Part shown: positions 38,007 to 46,825 of the stretch, one piece after another | How the letters are laid out: the number at the start of each line of letters is the position of its first letter | How positions within the stretch are numbered: the stretch's first letter is position 1 | Made by a program: the position numbers and the translations under genes | Notes under the pieces: generated by a model | Seen by the model: only the letters and a program-made list of their open reading frames with translations | What the model was told of the DNA's origin: nothing | Database searches by the model: none | From: a virus | Taxonomy: Duplodnaviria; Caudoviricetes | Virus record (IMG/VR): IMGVR_UViG_3300037851_000542 | Span: 160,001-224,000 of that record | Direction: 5' to 3' (one strand) | DNA length: 64,000 nt

Positions 38007-38344
38007 TAAGATTTACCCTCTCTTATTAGGTCTTCTAAAGTTTTAATATCTTCTTTTGATATGGTATTTAATTTACTACACTTACTGCAGATAATCATAC
38101 AAGTAGTTCTCTTTATGGATAGGTAGTTAGTACATTGATCAGTACTACATTTAATTTGACCTATAGATACAGAATTTATATTAGAACTTTTTGGTCCGGA
38201 GTTAAAATGGTTGTAGTATTCTCCAGTTTTAGGATCTGTTTTTCCAGCCTTATACTTATCATAAAACTCGCTGGCTTTTCTTACTTTTTCTTTATACTTT
38301 TTAGGTCCAATTTCTTGGAGTAGTTTTGGTTCCCTTACTGACAT
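38006..38344 (-). CDS. Zinc-finger hypothetical protein
   Basis: CSTDQC...CSKC. Confidence 0.55.
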   Translation of the reverse strand: MSVREPKLLQEIGPKKYKEKVRKASEFYDKYKAGKTDPKTGEYYNHFNSGPKSSNINSVSIGQIKCSTDQCTNYLSIKRTTCMIICSKCSKLNTISKEDIKTLEDLIREGKS

Positions 38345-38409
38345 AATTAAAAATATCTCCTAGATTTTTAGATTATATCAAAAATCTAGGATAATTGCAA
38401 CAAATACAA

Positions 38410-38643
38410 TTATTTAGACCTTACAGATCCTCTGCGAGCTTTTCTGCCTTTTTCATCTGATGGATATTCTTCTGGATCTATGTATACGTATTGTATCTGC
38501 CCTGAAGTAGCTGTGATTAAAGTCTTATTACCATCAATATATAGTTCAACATTACCAAGAGTTACTGGATCTGGTATGATCTTATCATCTCTAGGTTCTG
38601 CGTCCTTGATAGAAGGTTTATATATAAAAAAAGCTCTTCCCAT
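38410..38643 (-). CDS. Hypothetical protein
   Basis: 77-aa ORF with RBS (GAGG) and upstream TATACTAT. Confidence 0.6.
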   Translation of the reverse strand: MGRAFFIYKPSIKDAEPRDDKIIPDPVTLGNVELYIDGNKTLITATSGQIQYVYIDPEEYPSDEKGRKARRGSVRSK

Positions 38644-38678
38644 AACAAATTAGCCTCTTAATTTAGTATATTTTTAAA

Positions 38679-38686
38679 ATAGTATA
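38679..38686 (-). promoter_or_regulatory. Putative late promoter motif TATACTAT (head of the packaging operon)
   Basis: 36 nt upstream of 38643. A divergent near-match AATACTAT lies on the plus strand at 38699-38706. Confidence 0.55.
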
Positions 38687-38744
38687 AAATGTTAATTAAA
38701 TACTATAGATTTAATTATACATATCCAAGAGGTACTTACATAAA

Positions 38745-39389
38745 ATGGCAAAGAGACCTGTACAGCCTCAAACTACTACTGACTTTTCTTATTCCAGTTC
38801 ATACATAGATTTAATTAAAAACGGTCAAGTAGATCGAGTAAGGGTTAAATTTCCATTAACTACTGATCGCAGTCTCCAAGGAAACATACCATACACGGAT
38901 AAGACTCTACACAGATACTACGGAGGAGAGGTTCCAGAAATAGGAAGACCTAATAATGAAAAAGATCCAAAAAAGGGCGCTTTTAAATTAAGTGATCAGG
39001 AATTTAGATTTAAAAATAACAATCCTAATATAAAGAAAATAGGTAGATTAGAAATAGGTACTACTTCAGGCATAGAGCCTCTAACAGAAGAGGCTTTTAC
39101 TCCTGGTTTGCAACAAGGGTATCCTACAGATAACCCAGTTGAAGTTAATAGTAAGTATGAACCTAACCATAATGAAGCAGAGTTTGTAGTTATGGGGGCT
39201 ATGGATCCATCTAAATACTTACAAGAGAAGCATAAATATAAATACCCACTGGACCCTGACAAAACAACTTCTGATAATAGGATCAATTGGCAAACAAGTC
39301 CAGATTATATGACACCTACTTCCCCAAATACTAGATATCCTAATGGTGGGGCAATAAGAAGAACGAATCAATACACTAAACCAAAGTAA
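38745..39389 (+). CDS. Hypothetical Pro-rich protein, lone plus-strand gene in the minus block
   Basis: 214 aa, RBS GAGGT, no competing long ORF on the opposite strand. Confidence 0.75.
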   Translation: MAKRPVQPQTTTDFSYSSSYIDLIKNGQVDRVRVKFPLTTDRSLQGNIPYTDKTLHRYYGGEVPEIGRPNNEKDPKKGAFKLSDQEFRFKNNNPNIKKIGRLEIGTTSGIEPLTEEAFTPGLQQGYPTDNPVEVNSKYEPNHNEAEFVVMGAMDPSKYLQEKHKYKYPLDPDKTTSDNRINWQTSPDYMTPTSPNTRYPNGGAIRRTNQYTKPK

Positions 39390-39924
39390 TTATAGATTTT
39401 TTAAACTCTGAATGGGATCCGTTGTTTAGTATTTTAGCGTCAATGTCGTGGTAATTGTCCAGATCTAATTCACTAATGTGATTACTTCCTGTAAGTGCCT
39501 CAAAATTGGGTCTGACTATTTGTACAACTTCTACAGTGTGATTATTAATTTCTGCCCATTTTCTAGCAAATTGAATTTCTGATTTATACCTGCAGTCAGT
39601 TATACAAAATTTATCGTGACCTCCTGCAATTAAATCAACTATTGTCCTATTAAACGCATAAGATACCCAAGTATCAATATAGGCTTGTCTATGACCCTCT
39701 CCTAGTGTTTGTAGCATAAATCTTGGAGTAACATTGTATCTAGGATCTATTTCATCTTTTAAATTACTATGTAATTGCTCAGAGGATAAATCATACATTG
39801 ATCTGCAATGTTCTTTGAGTTTGTCTGCAAAAGCTACTCTTAAAAACCCGTACTCTTTTAAAAACAAAGCTGCGGTATCTTTACCTGACCTACTTTTTCC
39901 ACATAGAACAATTATTCTTGCCAT
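39376..39924 (-). CDS. Deoxynucleoside monophosphate kinase
   Basis: GKSRSGKDT P-loop, AFADKLKE, TPRFMLQTLG, ITDCRYKSE: typical phage dNMP kinase. Confidence 0.9.
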   Translation of the reverse strand: MARIIVLCGKSRSGKDTAALFLKEYGFLRVAFADKLKEHCRSMYDLSSEQLHSNLKDEIDPRYNVTPRFMLQTLGEGHRQAYIDTWVSYAFNRTIVDLIAGGHDKFCITDCRYKSEIQFARKWAEINNHTVEVVQIVRPNFEALTGSNHISELDLDNYHDIDAKILNNGSHSEFKKSIITLV

Positions 39925-39935
39925 TATCTACCTTA

Positions 39936-40166
39936 CTATTTATATGATTTAAGTGAAGTTAAAGCTTTATTTAAGGAACTTTCAAGTTCTTTTGTAACTT
40001 TAGAAATGCTTTTACTTTTAATACTATTATCTGGATTATCTGGAATCTCAGTTAAGTCTATTACCACTAGCTTTCTAGTATCGTCTTTTTTCACAGGAAT
40101 ATCAAAGGAGATCTGGGGATTAGTTTTTGATCCATTCCAATATCCTACTAATCTAACTTTGTCCAT
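39936..40166 (-). CDS. Hypothetical protein
   Basis: 76-aa ORF with RBS. Confidence 0.55.
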   Translation of the reverse strand: MDKVRLVGYWNGSKTNPQISFDIPVKKDDTRKLVVIDLTEIPDNPDNSIKSKSISKVTKELESSLNKALTSLKSYK

Positions 40167-40176
40167 CTAGTGCAAT

Positions 40177-40533
40177 TTAATTCTTGTTAATTATATTCTC
40201 GGACTGGTTAATAAGTTCTTCTAATTTAATTAGGTGCTCTATTAAAGTTGATTTTACTACCATATTATCTGTTTCTATAGTCCCTATAAGAACAGTAGAA
40301 ATGACCATAGACAGTATATCTTGATTTAATAATTTAAAATCCGGATTAGTAATGACTTGATCTTTTAAAGAATAATTGGTTATTAACTGGCTGGATACGT
40401 TTTGTATGCTATTAACTTTATCCATAATAAGGTTAACTACCTGTCCATCTTGCTGTTCCATATTAGAGCAAAGACATTTTAATTCACTTAGCAAAAGTGT
40501 TAACTTTATTTTTAAGAATTGCAGGTTTTCCAT
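40177..40533 (-). CDS. Hypothetical helical protein
   Basis: 118-aa ORF. Confidence 0.55.
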   Translation of the reverse strand: MENLQFLKIKLTLLLSELKCLCSNMEQQDGQVVNLIMDKVNSIQNVSSQLITNYSLKDQVITNPDFKLLNQDILSMVISTVLIGTIETDNMVVKSTLIEHLIKLEELINQSENIINKN

Positions 40534-40817
40534 TAAATTAGATGCTTTATATTAAAATATTTTATAGCAGTTTTACAGTCTTTATTACTAAATCCGTAGT
40601 TTTTTAGAGACTCTAGTAATTGAGTTTTAGTTTCCTTATATCTTCTTTTTACAGCCCAAGTTCTATAGTTTTTATACCTGTCTACTACTAAAACTGGCGT
40701 TAAATCTTCATAGCTTATTGGAACTATAATGTCTATATAAAAATCTATGTTATCTAACTTAGATAATCTGATCCTTTTTCCACAATTCATTTTAACAGTT
40801 ATAACATAAAAAAACAA
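40533..40817 (-). CDS. Hypothetical protein
   Basis: 94-aa ORF coupled to the next gene (TAATG). Confidence 0.5.
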   Translation of the reverse strand: MFFYVITVKMNCGKRIRLSKLDNIDFYIDIIVPISYEDLTPVLVVDRYKNYRTWAVKRRYKETKTQLLESLKNYGFSNKDCKTAIKYFNIKHLI

Positions 40818-40822
40818 ATAAA

Positions 40823-40852
40823 AAGCCTATACTAGGGGACTAGTATAGGCTT
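40823..40852 (-). terminator. Rho-independent terminator
   Basis: aagcctatactag-ggga-ctagtataggctt: 13-bp perfect stem, T tract on the minus strand. Confidence 0.85.
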
Positions 40853-40876
40853 AACCTGTCAAAATAGATTGTATTA

Positions 40877-41212
40877 CTACTTAACTATTGAACTAGGCTT
40901 AGTAGATACTGTGTTTGAAGTCGGAGCTGCTGGTTTCATCTTAGGTGCAGTAGTAACAGCAGTCTTCTGTAGCATTCCGCTACCTGAAGAAGTGCCTGTT
41001 CTAATTGCGCCTTGTGGATGACCTTGCATAACACTTGGCTTAGCGTACAACTGTCCGGCTGCAGCATCTGGATTATTAAAAGGCATATTATCAATACCGT
41101 TTAATAGTGCAGCTCCTGGAAGGGCTGCCAGATTATCTACATCTGTGCTGTTATCGCTGCCGTCTAGTGGTGCAAATGTACCTGGCTTGCGAGTTGGTTT
41201 TCCTACGAACAT
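40877..41212 (-). CDS. Small Pro/Gly/Ala/Thr-rich protein, monocistronic, probably late
   Basis: Track start 41227; ATG at 41212 has a GGAGG RBS (111 aa). Flanked by TGTACTAT and a terminator. Confidence 0.7.
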   Translation of the reverse strand: MFVGKPTRKPGTFAPLDGSDNSTDVDNLAALPGAALLNGIDNMPFNNPDAAAGQLYAKPSVMQGHPQGAIRTGTSSGSGMLQKTAVTTAPKMKPAAPTSNTVSTKPSSIVK

Positions 41213-41270
41213 ACTTAATTCCTCCAAAAAATAATTACGTAATATTTTTAGTTAAAAGCTTAAAATACCC

Positions 41271-41278
41271 ATAGTACA
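41271..41278 (-). promoter_or_regulatory. Putative late promoter motif TGTACTAT(GGG)
   Basis: Intergenic; same 12-mer as at the scaffold-MCP promoter. Confidence 0.6.
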
Positions 41279-41355
41279 ATTTATTTTTATTGTAATTTAA
41301 TCAAAATTAAGCCTTGCATTTCAATAATTAAATCTATATAATTACTTAAATAAAA

Positions 41356-42180
41356 CTAATCTATAGTTAAATTAACGGGTCCTTCTACTTTGCTTATAAA
41401 TACCTGGTTCTCATAATGAGAACTAGGTTTACTATTAGAAGTTTTAAATTGACTTACTCCGTCTGTTTTATAGTAAATAACTTCTGAGTCTTTATAAATT
41501 ACAACAGGCTCTATACAGAAACACATTCCTTCTTTTATAGGTACTCCTTTTTGAGGAAAACCACAACAAGGTACTATTGGACTTTCGTGTAAACTTAGTC
41601 CTATTCCGTGTCCAGTAAAAGCATTAAATGTTTTATACTTTTTACTTAGGATCATAGTTTTATTTATGGCATAACCTATGTCACCTATTGTAGGATCTTT
41701 TATGCTGCAAATACTATTAAAGGCATTATTAAAGGACTCAACAGAAATATCTATAATGCCCCGATGATTATTTATATCTTCTCCAACAATATAAGTTCTA
41801 GCACTGTCGGAACAGAAGCTATTATACTTAACCCCTATGTCTATGGATAAAACATCCCCATTCTCTAGCAGTCTATTATTAGGTAGCCCGTGAACTAAAT
41901 CTTCATTATTAGAGGTACACAAAGTAAATGGAAAAGGAGTAGCCTTAGGGTGATCCTTATAGTTTTTAAATAAAGGTTCTGCTTTATTTTTTATAATTAA
42001 ATCTTCAGCTATTTGATTTAACTCTAAAGTAGTGATTCCTATTTGAATAGATTTTTCTAGTTCTTTTCTTACACTAACTAAAATGTGAGCAGATTCTTTA
42101 AAATAAGGTAAACACTCTTCAGAATATATATGTGTACCATCACCTAAGATGCTGTAGGTTGGTTGAGCACCTGAAGACAT
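41356..42180 (-). CDS. map: Type I methionine aminopeptidase
   Basis: HGLP, IDIG, SDSART, GHGIG...HE.P, IEP, HYE: all metal and substrate residues present. Confidence 0.95.
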   Translation of the reverse strand: MSSGAQPTYSILGDGTHIYSEECLPYFKESAHILVSVRKELEKSIQIGITTLELNQIAEDLIIKNKAEPLFKNYKDHPKATPFPFTLCTSNNEDLVHGLPNNRLLENGDVLSIDIGVKYNSFCSDSARTYIVGEDINNHRGIIDISVESFNNAFNSICSIKDPTIGDIGYAINKTMILSKKYKTFNAFTGHGIGLSLHESPIVPCCGFPQKGVPIKEGMCFCIEPVVIYKDSEVIYYKTDGVSQFKTSNSKPSSHYENQVFISKVEGPVNLTID

Positions 42181-42199
42181 CTAGAATTCTTTTTAAAAA

Positions 42200-43252
42200 T
42201 TAAAGACCAGCTTGCTGGGCGATCAAACAACCTTCTGCTACTGCATTAAGCGGATCAGAAGCGTGCCTAACTTCTTTTACTTGAAAAGGTAGCCTATGGG
42301 CATTTCTATCGAACTCTTTTTTAAACTCTGATAGAAAATTAATAGCCTTTGATGTGCCACCTGATACTACAACTGTTATTGGTTCTTGGTACCTTGGAAC
42401 ACTATCTAAGGAGTTTACTTTTGTTACTATAGCTTCTACTGTATACTTAATTAAGTTCTGGTAATAAATTGCAATTGCCTGTTTGGTCCTATCTGATTGA
42501 GCTAAATCACTTATATCTACCCCTCCTTCTTTTACCAAAGTAACTAAAGCAGGAGTAATCTCACTATTCTTAGGATCTTGATCGTCATAACCTAGGGATA
42601 CTGCTACTGAGGTGTCAATGTAATCACCACCAATTGAAGTTGCAAAACTAGCCATCTCTTCAGCGTTAAATGCTAGACAGATGTTAGCCATACCTGCTCC
42701 AAAGGATACTGCCATACCTGTGTAGTTCTCCTCTCCTAGATTGGAAAGTACAATAGCAAAAGCTTCATTTATTGGAGAGCCCTCATAGCCTAACTGCTTG
42801 AGTATAGAATTAATAGCACTTGTGTGAAACACTTCATCAAACTTTGCATCAATCGGCGAAGCAGGCACGCTGTATACAACTTTTTCATTTGGAGTAACGG
42901 GCTCTCCAAGAAGTTCTCTTAAAAGTGCTGTAAACATTGGTAACGCTTTTGTCTCTTTTGGAGAGATAACCCCTTTAGCGAGAGGTCTCCTTAAAACCAT
43001 ATTTTTTACTACTGCTTGATTCAAACTCTCATCTCCAATCACTTGGATTGTACCGTCGTCCATTTCGAGGTAGTTAACTCCGGCGTCTTTGAAGCCTTTA
43101 ATCATAATGGTTTTAACAAGTGGGTTTGAAGGTCTCATTTCTAAAAAAGCATCCCTAACACTTTTTGTAGTTGTATTACCTTGTTCATCAACGCTAGCTA
43201 CAACTAGGAAACAGGTGCCTACATCTAGTCCCAAATTTGGCGTTCTAGTCAT
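42200..43252 (-). CDS. Actin-like ATPase (MreB/MamK-like)
   Basis: GLDVGT (phosphate 1), RRPLAKGVI, INEAFA, SFGAGMANI (phosphate 2), IGGDYID, VVVSGGTS (adenosine), DPLNAVAEG. Confidence 0.9.
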   Translation of the reverse strand: MTRTPNLGLDVGTCFLVVASVDEQGNTTTKSVRDAFLEMRPSNPLVKTIMIKGFKDAGVNYLEMDDGTIQVIGDESLNQAVVKNMVLRRPLAKGVISPKETKALPMFTALLRELLGEPVTPNEKVVYSVPASPIDAKFDEVFHTSAINSILKQLGYEGSPINEAFAIVLSNLGEENYTGMAVSFGAGMANICLAFNAEEMASFATSIGGDYIDTSVAVSLGYDDQDPKNSEITPALVTLVKEGGVDISDLAQSDRTKQAIAIYYQNLIKYTVEAIVTKVNSLDSVPRYQEPITVVVSGGTSKAINFLSEFKKEFDRNAHRLPFQVKEVRHASDPLNAVAEGCLIAQQAGL

Positions 43253-43841
43253 CTTCTTCTATACCTTCTTTTAGCTTCTTGAGTTTATTTAATTTATCTT
43301 GAATATTTGAACCAGATCTAGACTCTATAGTAACATTAGTTTTAATTTTATCCAAATCTTTTATATCACTTGGGTTTATAAACACGTTATCCATTACTAC
43401 ATTTAAATTATTTTTGGAGGCAACCTGAGTAACACTATCTGAAACTATTGTTACAGGTGTAGATGCTATGTTTTCTAGCTTTTTAGTTATTTCTGCTAGA
43501 ACAAGCATCATATCTTGACTGTTTGTAGTAGGAGGTGTATTAGTACCGTGTACCTGTGAAACTATCTCGTGTATCTTATTATAGTTAATTATATCAGCTT
43601 GTTGGTCTTTTAAATCATTATGAACAGATTTAGTTAACTGGTTTACTAGGAACCTTATTGCCATCCCTTGACCAACACTGTTGGACTTTTTTAAGTTAGC
43701 GCTTATTTTTTCTAGTATGTGACTGTATTTATATTCTTCTATAGTTTTTAACTCTATAGCCTTCTTTAGTTTTATAAGCACACTGACATCAATACCCAGT
43801 TTAACTAAAGATTCAATCAGCTCTTCAATATTTTGTCCCAT
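43245..43841 (-). CDS. Helical protein translationally coupled to the actin-like gene (candidate adaptor)
   Basis: 198 aa; 8-nt overlap with the actin start (GATGACTAG); C-terminal amphipathic IQDKLNKLKKLK. Confidence 0.6.
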   Translation of the reverse strand: MGQNIEELIESLVKLGIDVSVLIKLKKAIELKTIEEYKYSHILEKISANLKKSNSVGQGMAIRFLVNQLTKSVHNDLKDQQADIINYNKIHEIVSQVHGTNTPPTTNSQDMMLVLAEITKKLENIASTPVTIVSDSVTQVASKNNLNVVMDNVFINPSDIKDLDKIKTNVTIESRSGSNIQDKLNKLKKLKEGIEEDD

Positions 43842-44704
43842 TCCATTAATAATTTAAGTAATTTTATATCAAAACTACTTATTTCCTTATTTTTTAATAA
43901 ATCGTCAACCTTGGCATATAAGTCGCATAGATCACTTAAATCTATAGTATTTAAAAACTTATCCAAGCCATAAAAGGCAAAGTCTGGGTATTTCCAGTAT
44001 TTTCTAGTCTCTTCTTTATCTCTTGTAAATTTGTAAACTATTGTTGAGTAAAGCCTTTTAAGTACTAAAGGGAATACTACAAACTCATTATGGTTATAGA
44101 TAACTGACTGTACTAGTCCCATATCCCTATTACCTCTGGAAAAGAGGTTATCTAGAAATTTAAATATTAAAGTATTATCTGACACTTCGGGCAGTAAAGA
44201 TAGAGCTGTTTTTTCATCCACAATCTTTAGATAATTGGAGAATTTCTCTATTAATCTAAATAAGTCATTTCTTTTACTAATACCTGAATCTGTAAAGTAG
44301 CTTATATACTTATCGTGTAAGTTAAATTCATTAAACACATTAGTTATAAACTCTACTTTCTTTTTACCTTTTAACTCGGTTACACTTTTAATTTTAGATA
44401 TACTGTTCAAGGATTTGAAGAAGGAGGATTCTTTATTCAGGTTTTTAAATATCCAAACTAGATTGATATTCTTAGGGTACTTAAGTACAGATAATAACAT
44501 ATCGGAGTTTTTAGGCTCTATGTTATATATAACTAGGGTTTTTTTAGAAGGTATCAAAGTACTTTGATGTAACTTATAAAAACCCTCTAAGTCTAATAAA
44601 TCAAAGTTATGTATATCTAAGGTTTCAGTAGGATTATCTTGTTTATATAGAAACACAACATCTTCGTGGTCTTTAGTTGTGAATATATTTACTTTGTAGT
44701 CCAA
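43817..44704 (-). CDS. DNA polymerase III delta-like clamp loader subunit
   Basis: 295 aa; degenerate AAA-like with KTLVIYN, IFKFLDNLF and helical collar pattern; overlaps dnaX. Confidence 0.55.
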   Translation of the reverse strand: MDYKVNIFTTKDHEDVVFLYKQDNPTETLDIHNFDLLDLEGFYKLHQSTLIPSKKTLVIYNIEPKNSDMLLSVLKYPKNINLVWIFKNLNKESSFFKSLNSISKIKSVTELKGKKKVEFITNVFNEFNLHDKYISYFTDSGISKRNDLFRLIEKFSNYLKIVDEKTALSLLPEVSDNTLIFKFLDNLFSRGNRDMGLVQSVIYNHNEFVVFPLVLKRLYSTIVYKFTRDKEETRKYWKYPDFAFYGLDKFLNTIDLSDLCDLYAKVDDLLKNKEISSFDIKLLKLLMEWDKILKS

Positions 44705-45741
44705 CTCTTTATAATCTCTATTGATAGTCTTCTTAGTCTTTGTTCAGGAAAAGGTAGAAATTTTAGGTCTGAGTATACTTTTACCAGCTCATCATAAAGA
44801 AAGTCTAAATATCTTGCGCCGCTTTTTAAATTTGCTGGATTGGAAGGGTCTAATAGGTTATTTGATGTTAGAAACTCAGCTAAGTCTTTTGTTTGCCCAT
44901 TATAGTTTTTAGAACTCAAGTTAAATCTTAACTCTATTATAAATTTCTGTAACTGTAATATTGTGTCCAGTGGGTCAACTCCATCTGAACAAAAAAGGTC
45001 TACTGCCTCTACTAATTTATAAAAGTCCTTTAAAAAGCAACTTTTAATAAAATTATCTATAATTGAAAAGTCTAAAAATCCTATTATTTTAAGTATATCT
45101 TCTTCAGACTGGGCAAATGACTGCGCTGTTTTTATTTTCTGTAAGTCTACTATTGCATTTCTAAGAGAGCCTCTACTTTTATCAATAACGCTATGAAGCA
45201 GGTAATCACTTAATTTAATATTTTCAGTTACTGCTATTTCATTTAACTTTAGTATTAAGTCCTTATTAGGTATAGGTAAAAATTTATAATCAGCGCTTCT
45301 TGATTTTATAGAATCTGGTATTTTAGAAAAGTCTGAGGTTACAAATATAAAATAAACGTGGTCTGGGGTTTCTTCTACGGTTTTTAGTAGACCATCAAAG
45401 GCTTTATTTGGAATATTATGAGCTTCATCAAATATATAAGTCTTTATCAGCCCCTCAAATGCATAGTTTTTGACTTCGTTTTGAAGTCTCCTAGTAAAGT
45501 CAACATTTGCCTCTACCGTACAATCTTGTTCTAAGGTACCGGTATCACTTGGATTTAGAGTGCTGGCAATTATACGAGCTACTGATGTTTTACCTGTACC
45601 AAACCCACCGTGAAAGATTAAAGAGTGAGGAAGTTCATTATTTTTTAATTGATGACTAATAAGCTTTATAATATGATCTTGACCAACAATCCCTGAGAAA
45701 TCAGAAGGTCTATATTTATTATAGAGAGTACTTTCGGACAT
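44689..45741 (-). CDS. dnaX: DNA polymerase III gamma/tau-like clamp loader ATPase (gamma length)
   Basis: LYNKYRPSDF..IVGQDH, GGFGTGKTS.ARI, IFDEAH, AFDGLLKT.EE.P, IKSRS. Confidence 0.92.
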   Translation of the reverse strand: MSESTLYNKYRPSDFSGIVGQDHIIKLISHQLKNNELPHSLIFHGGFGTGKTSVARIIASTLNPSDTGTLEQDCTVEANVDFTRRLQNEVKNYAFEGLIKTYIFDEAHNIPNKAFDGLLKTVEETPDHVYFIFVTSDFSKIPDSIKSRSADYKFLPIPNKDLILKLNEIAVTENIKLSDYLLHSVIDKSRGSLRNAIVDLQKIKTAQSFAQSEEDILKIIGFLDFSIIDNFIKSCFLKDFYKLVEAVDLFCSDGVDPLDTILQLQKFIIELRFNLSSKNYNGQTKDLAEFLTSNNLLDPSNPANLKSGARYLDFLYDELVKVYSDLKFLPFPEQRLRRLSIEIIKSWTTK

Positions 45742-45748
45742 TAGTAGA

Positions 45749-45774
45749 TACCATTAAATTTTAACTTAATGGTA
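45749..45774. promoter_or_regulatory. 9-bp inverted repeat just upstream of dnaX
   Basis: taccattaa-N8-ttaatggta, 8 nt from the dnaX start codon. Confidence 0.4.
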
Positions 45775-45790
45775 CTATACCAAATTCAAC

Positions 45791-46246
45791 CTAATGCTGT
45801 AAAGAGTTAAAATGAAAAGACTCTAGAATATCTTCCTCGGTAAATTTAACTTTCTCTATTGGCTGCCCAGAAGAAATACAAAGTTCCCCTGCAACAGCCT
45901 GCCTTTGAGTATTTATATAATACAAGGCTATATAAGGCTCGTCTGGATCTACAAAAATAGATACTGACTCTATTTTTTTAACAATACAATCTGCTTTTAA
46001 AAACTGCTCGTAAAGTTCCTTTTTCATCGAGCTAAATTGCTCTGAGTCTTGAGTACTAACTCCATCTCCTATTAATTTCTGCAGTTTTCTAGCAACAAGG
46101 ATATCAATAAAATAACCACCAACACAAAAATAGATGGGTATATTATCTTGCTCGGAACATAAATCTATTAAATCTTTTAAATCAGTTAAAATCTGTGAAT
46201 ATGATTCTTTTGAGCTTAAGGTCTTTAAACTTAACCCGTTTTTCAT
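45791..46246 (-). CDS. Hypothetical protein
   Basis: 151-aa ORF. Confidence 0.6.
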   Translation of the reverse strand: MKNGLSLKTLSSKESYSQILTDLKDLIDLCSEQDNIPIYFCVGGYFIDILVARKLQKLIGDGVSTQDSEQFSSMKKELYEQFLKADCIVKKIESVSIFVDPDEPYIALYYINTQRQAVAGELCISSGQPIEKVKFTEEDILESFHFNSLQH

Positions 46247-46284
46247 TTGCCATACAACCCCGCACTATTAAGTGATGAATTGAA

Positions 46285-46521
46285 TTAGGCTAGCTTGTCT
46301 TCTATTACTTCTTGTTTTAATAACCTTGTATATGTATCAGGGGAATAACTCCAAGTGCCTTTTTGTTTATCTTTAACAAATACACACTTACAGTTATCCC
46401 CTGTACATTTGAACCATTTCATATTACCGTCCTTTATAGCAAGAGACCTATAATACTCAGGGTCTGACTCAGATAAAATTACTAAGTCGCAATCACAAAG
46501 AGGACAGCCTAACTTATTCAT
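46285..46521 (-). CDS. Zinc-ribbon hypothetical protein
   Basis: CPLC...CTGDNCKC. Confidence 0.6.
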   Translation of the reverse strand: MNKLGCPLCDCDLVILSESDPEYYRSLAIKDGNMKWFKCTGDNCKCVFVKDKQKGTWSYSPDTYTRLLKQEVIEDKLA

Positions 46522-46540
46522 ATTTTTAAAAAAAATATTA

Positions 46541-46771
46541 TTAAACTACTACCCAAGCCCCTGAAACTACGATTTTTAATTTAGCAGCTGTTAAATCATA
46601 AACTAGACTTCCATCTGGAAGTTTACTGGCATCTGGAAGATCAGCTGTAGCTTTTAAAGAGATAAGACCTATAGAGCGTCCGCCCTTACCGCCTTGACCG
46701 CGTGCAACACCACCAATAACATTTACATCAACTTCTTCTCTAACAAAAGGCTTTTCTTTAAAATTACTCAT
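46541..46771 (-). CDS. Small putative virion (fibre/decoration-like) protein
   Basis: ATG at 46771 with GAGGT RBS (track start 46813). LPDASKLPDGSLVYDLT..KL....GAW resembles fibre-associated repeats; TGTACTAT upstream. Confidence 0.5.
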   Translation of the reverse strand: MSNFKEKPFVREEVDVNVIGGVARGQGGKGGRSIGLISLKATADLPDASKLPDGSLVYDLTAAKLKIVVSGAWVVV

Positions 46772-46825
46772 ATTGTACACCTCAATTACTATGTATTTAA
46801 GTAGAACTACCAAACATTAGATTAA

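Noticed and set aside
41228-41355. parC-like centromere next to the actin operon
   Set aside because: Only AT-rich sequence, a short inverted repeat and the promoter motif are present; no iterated direct repeats.
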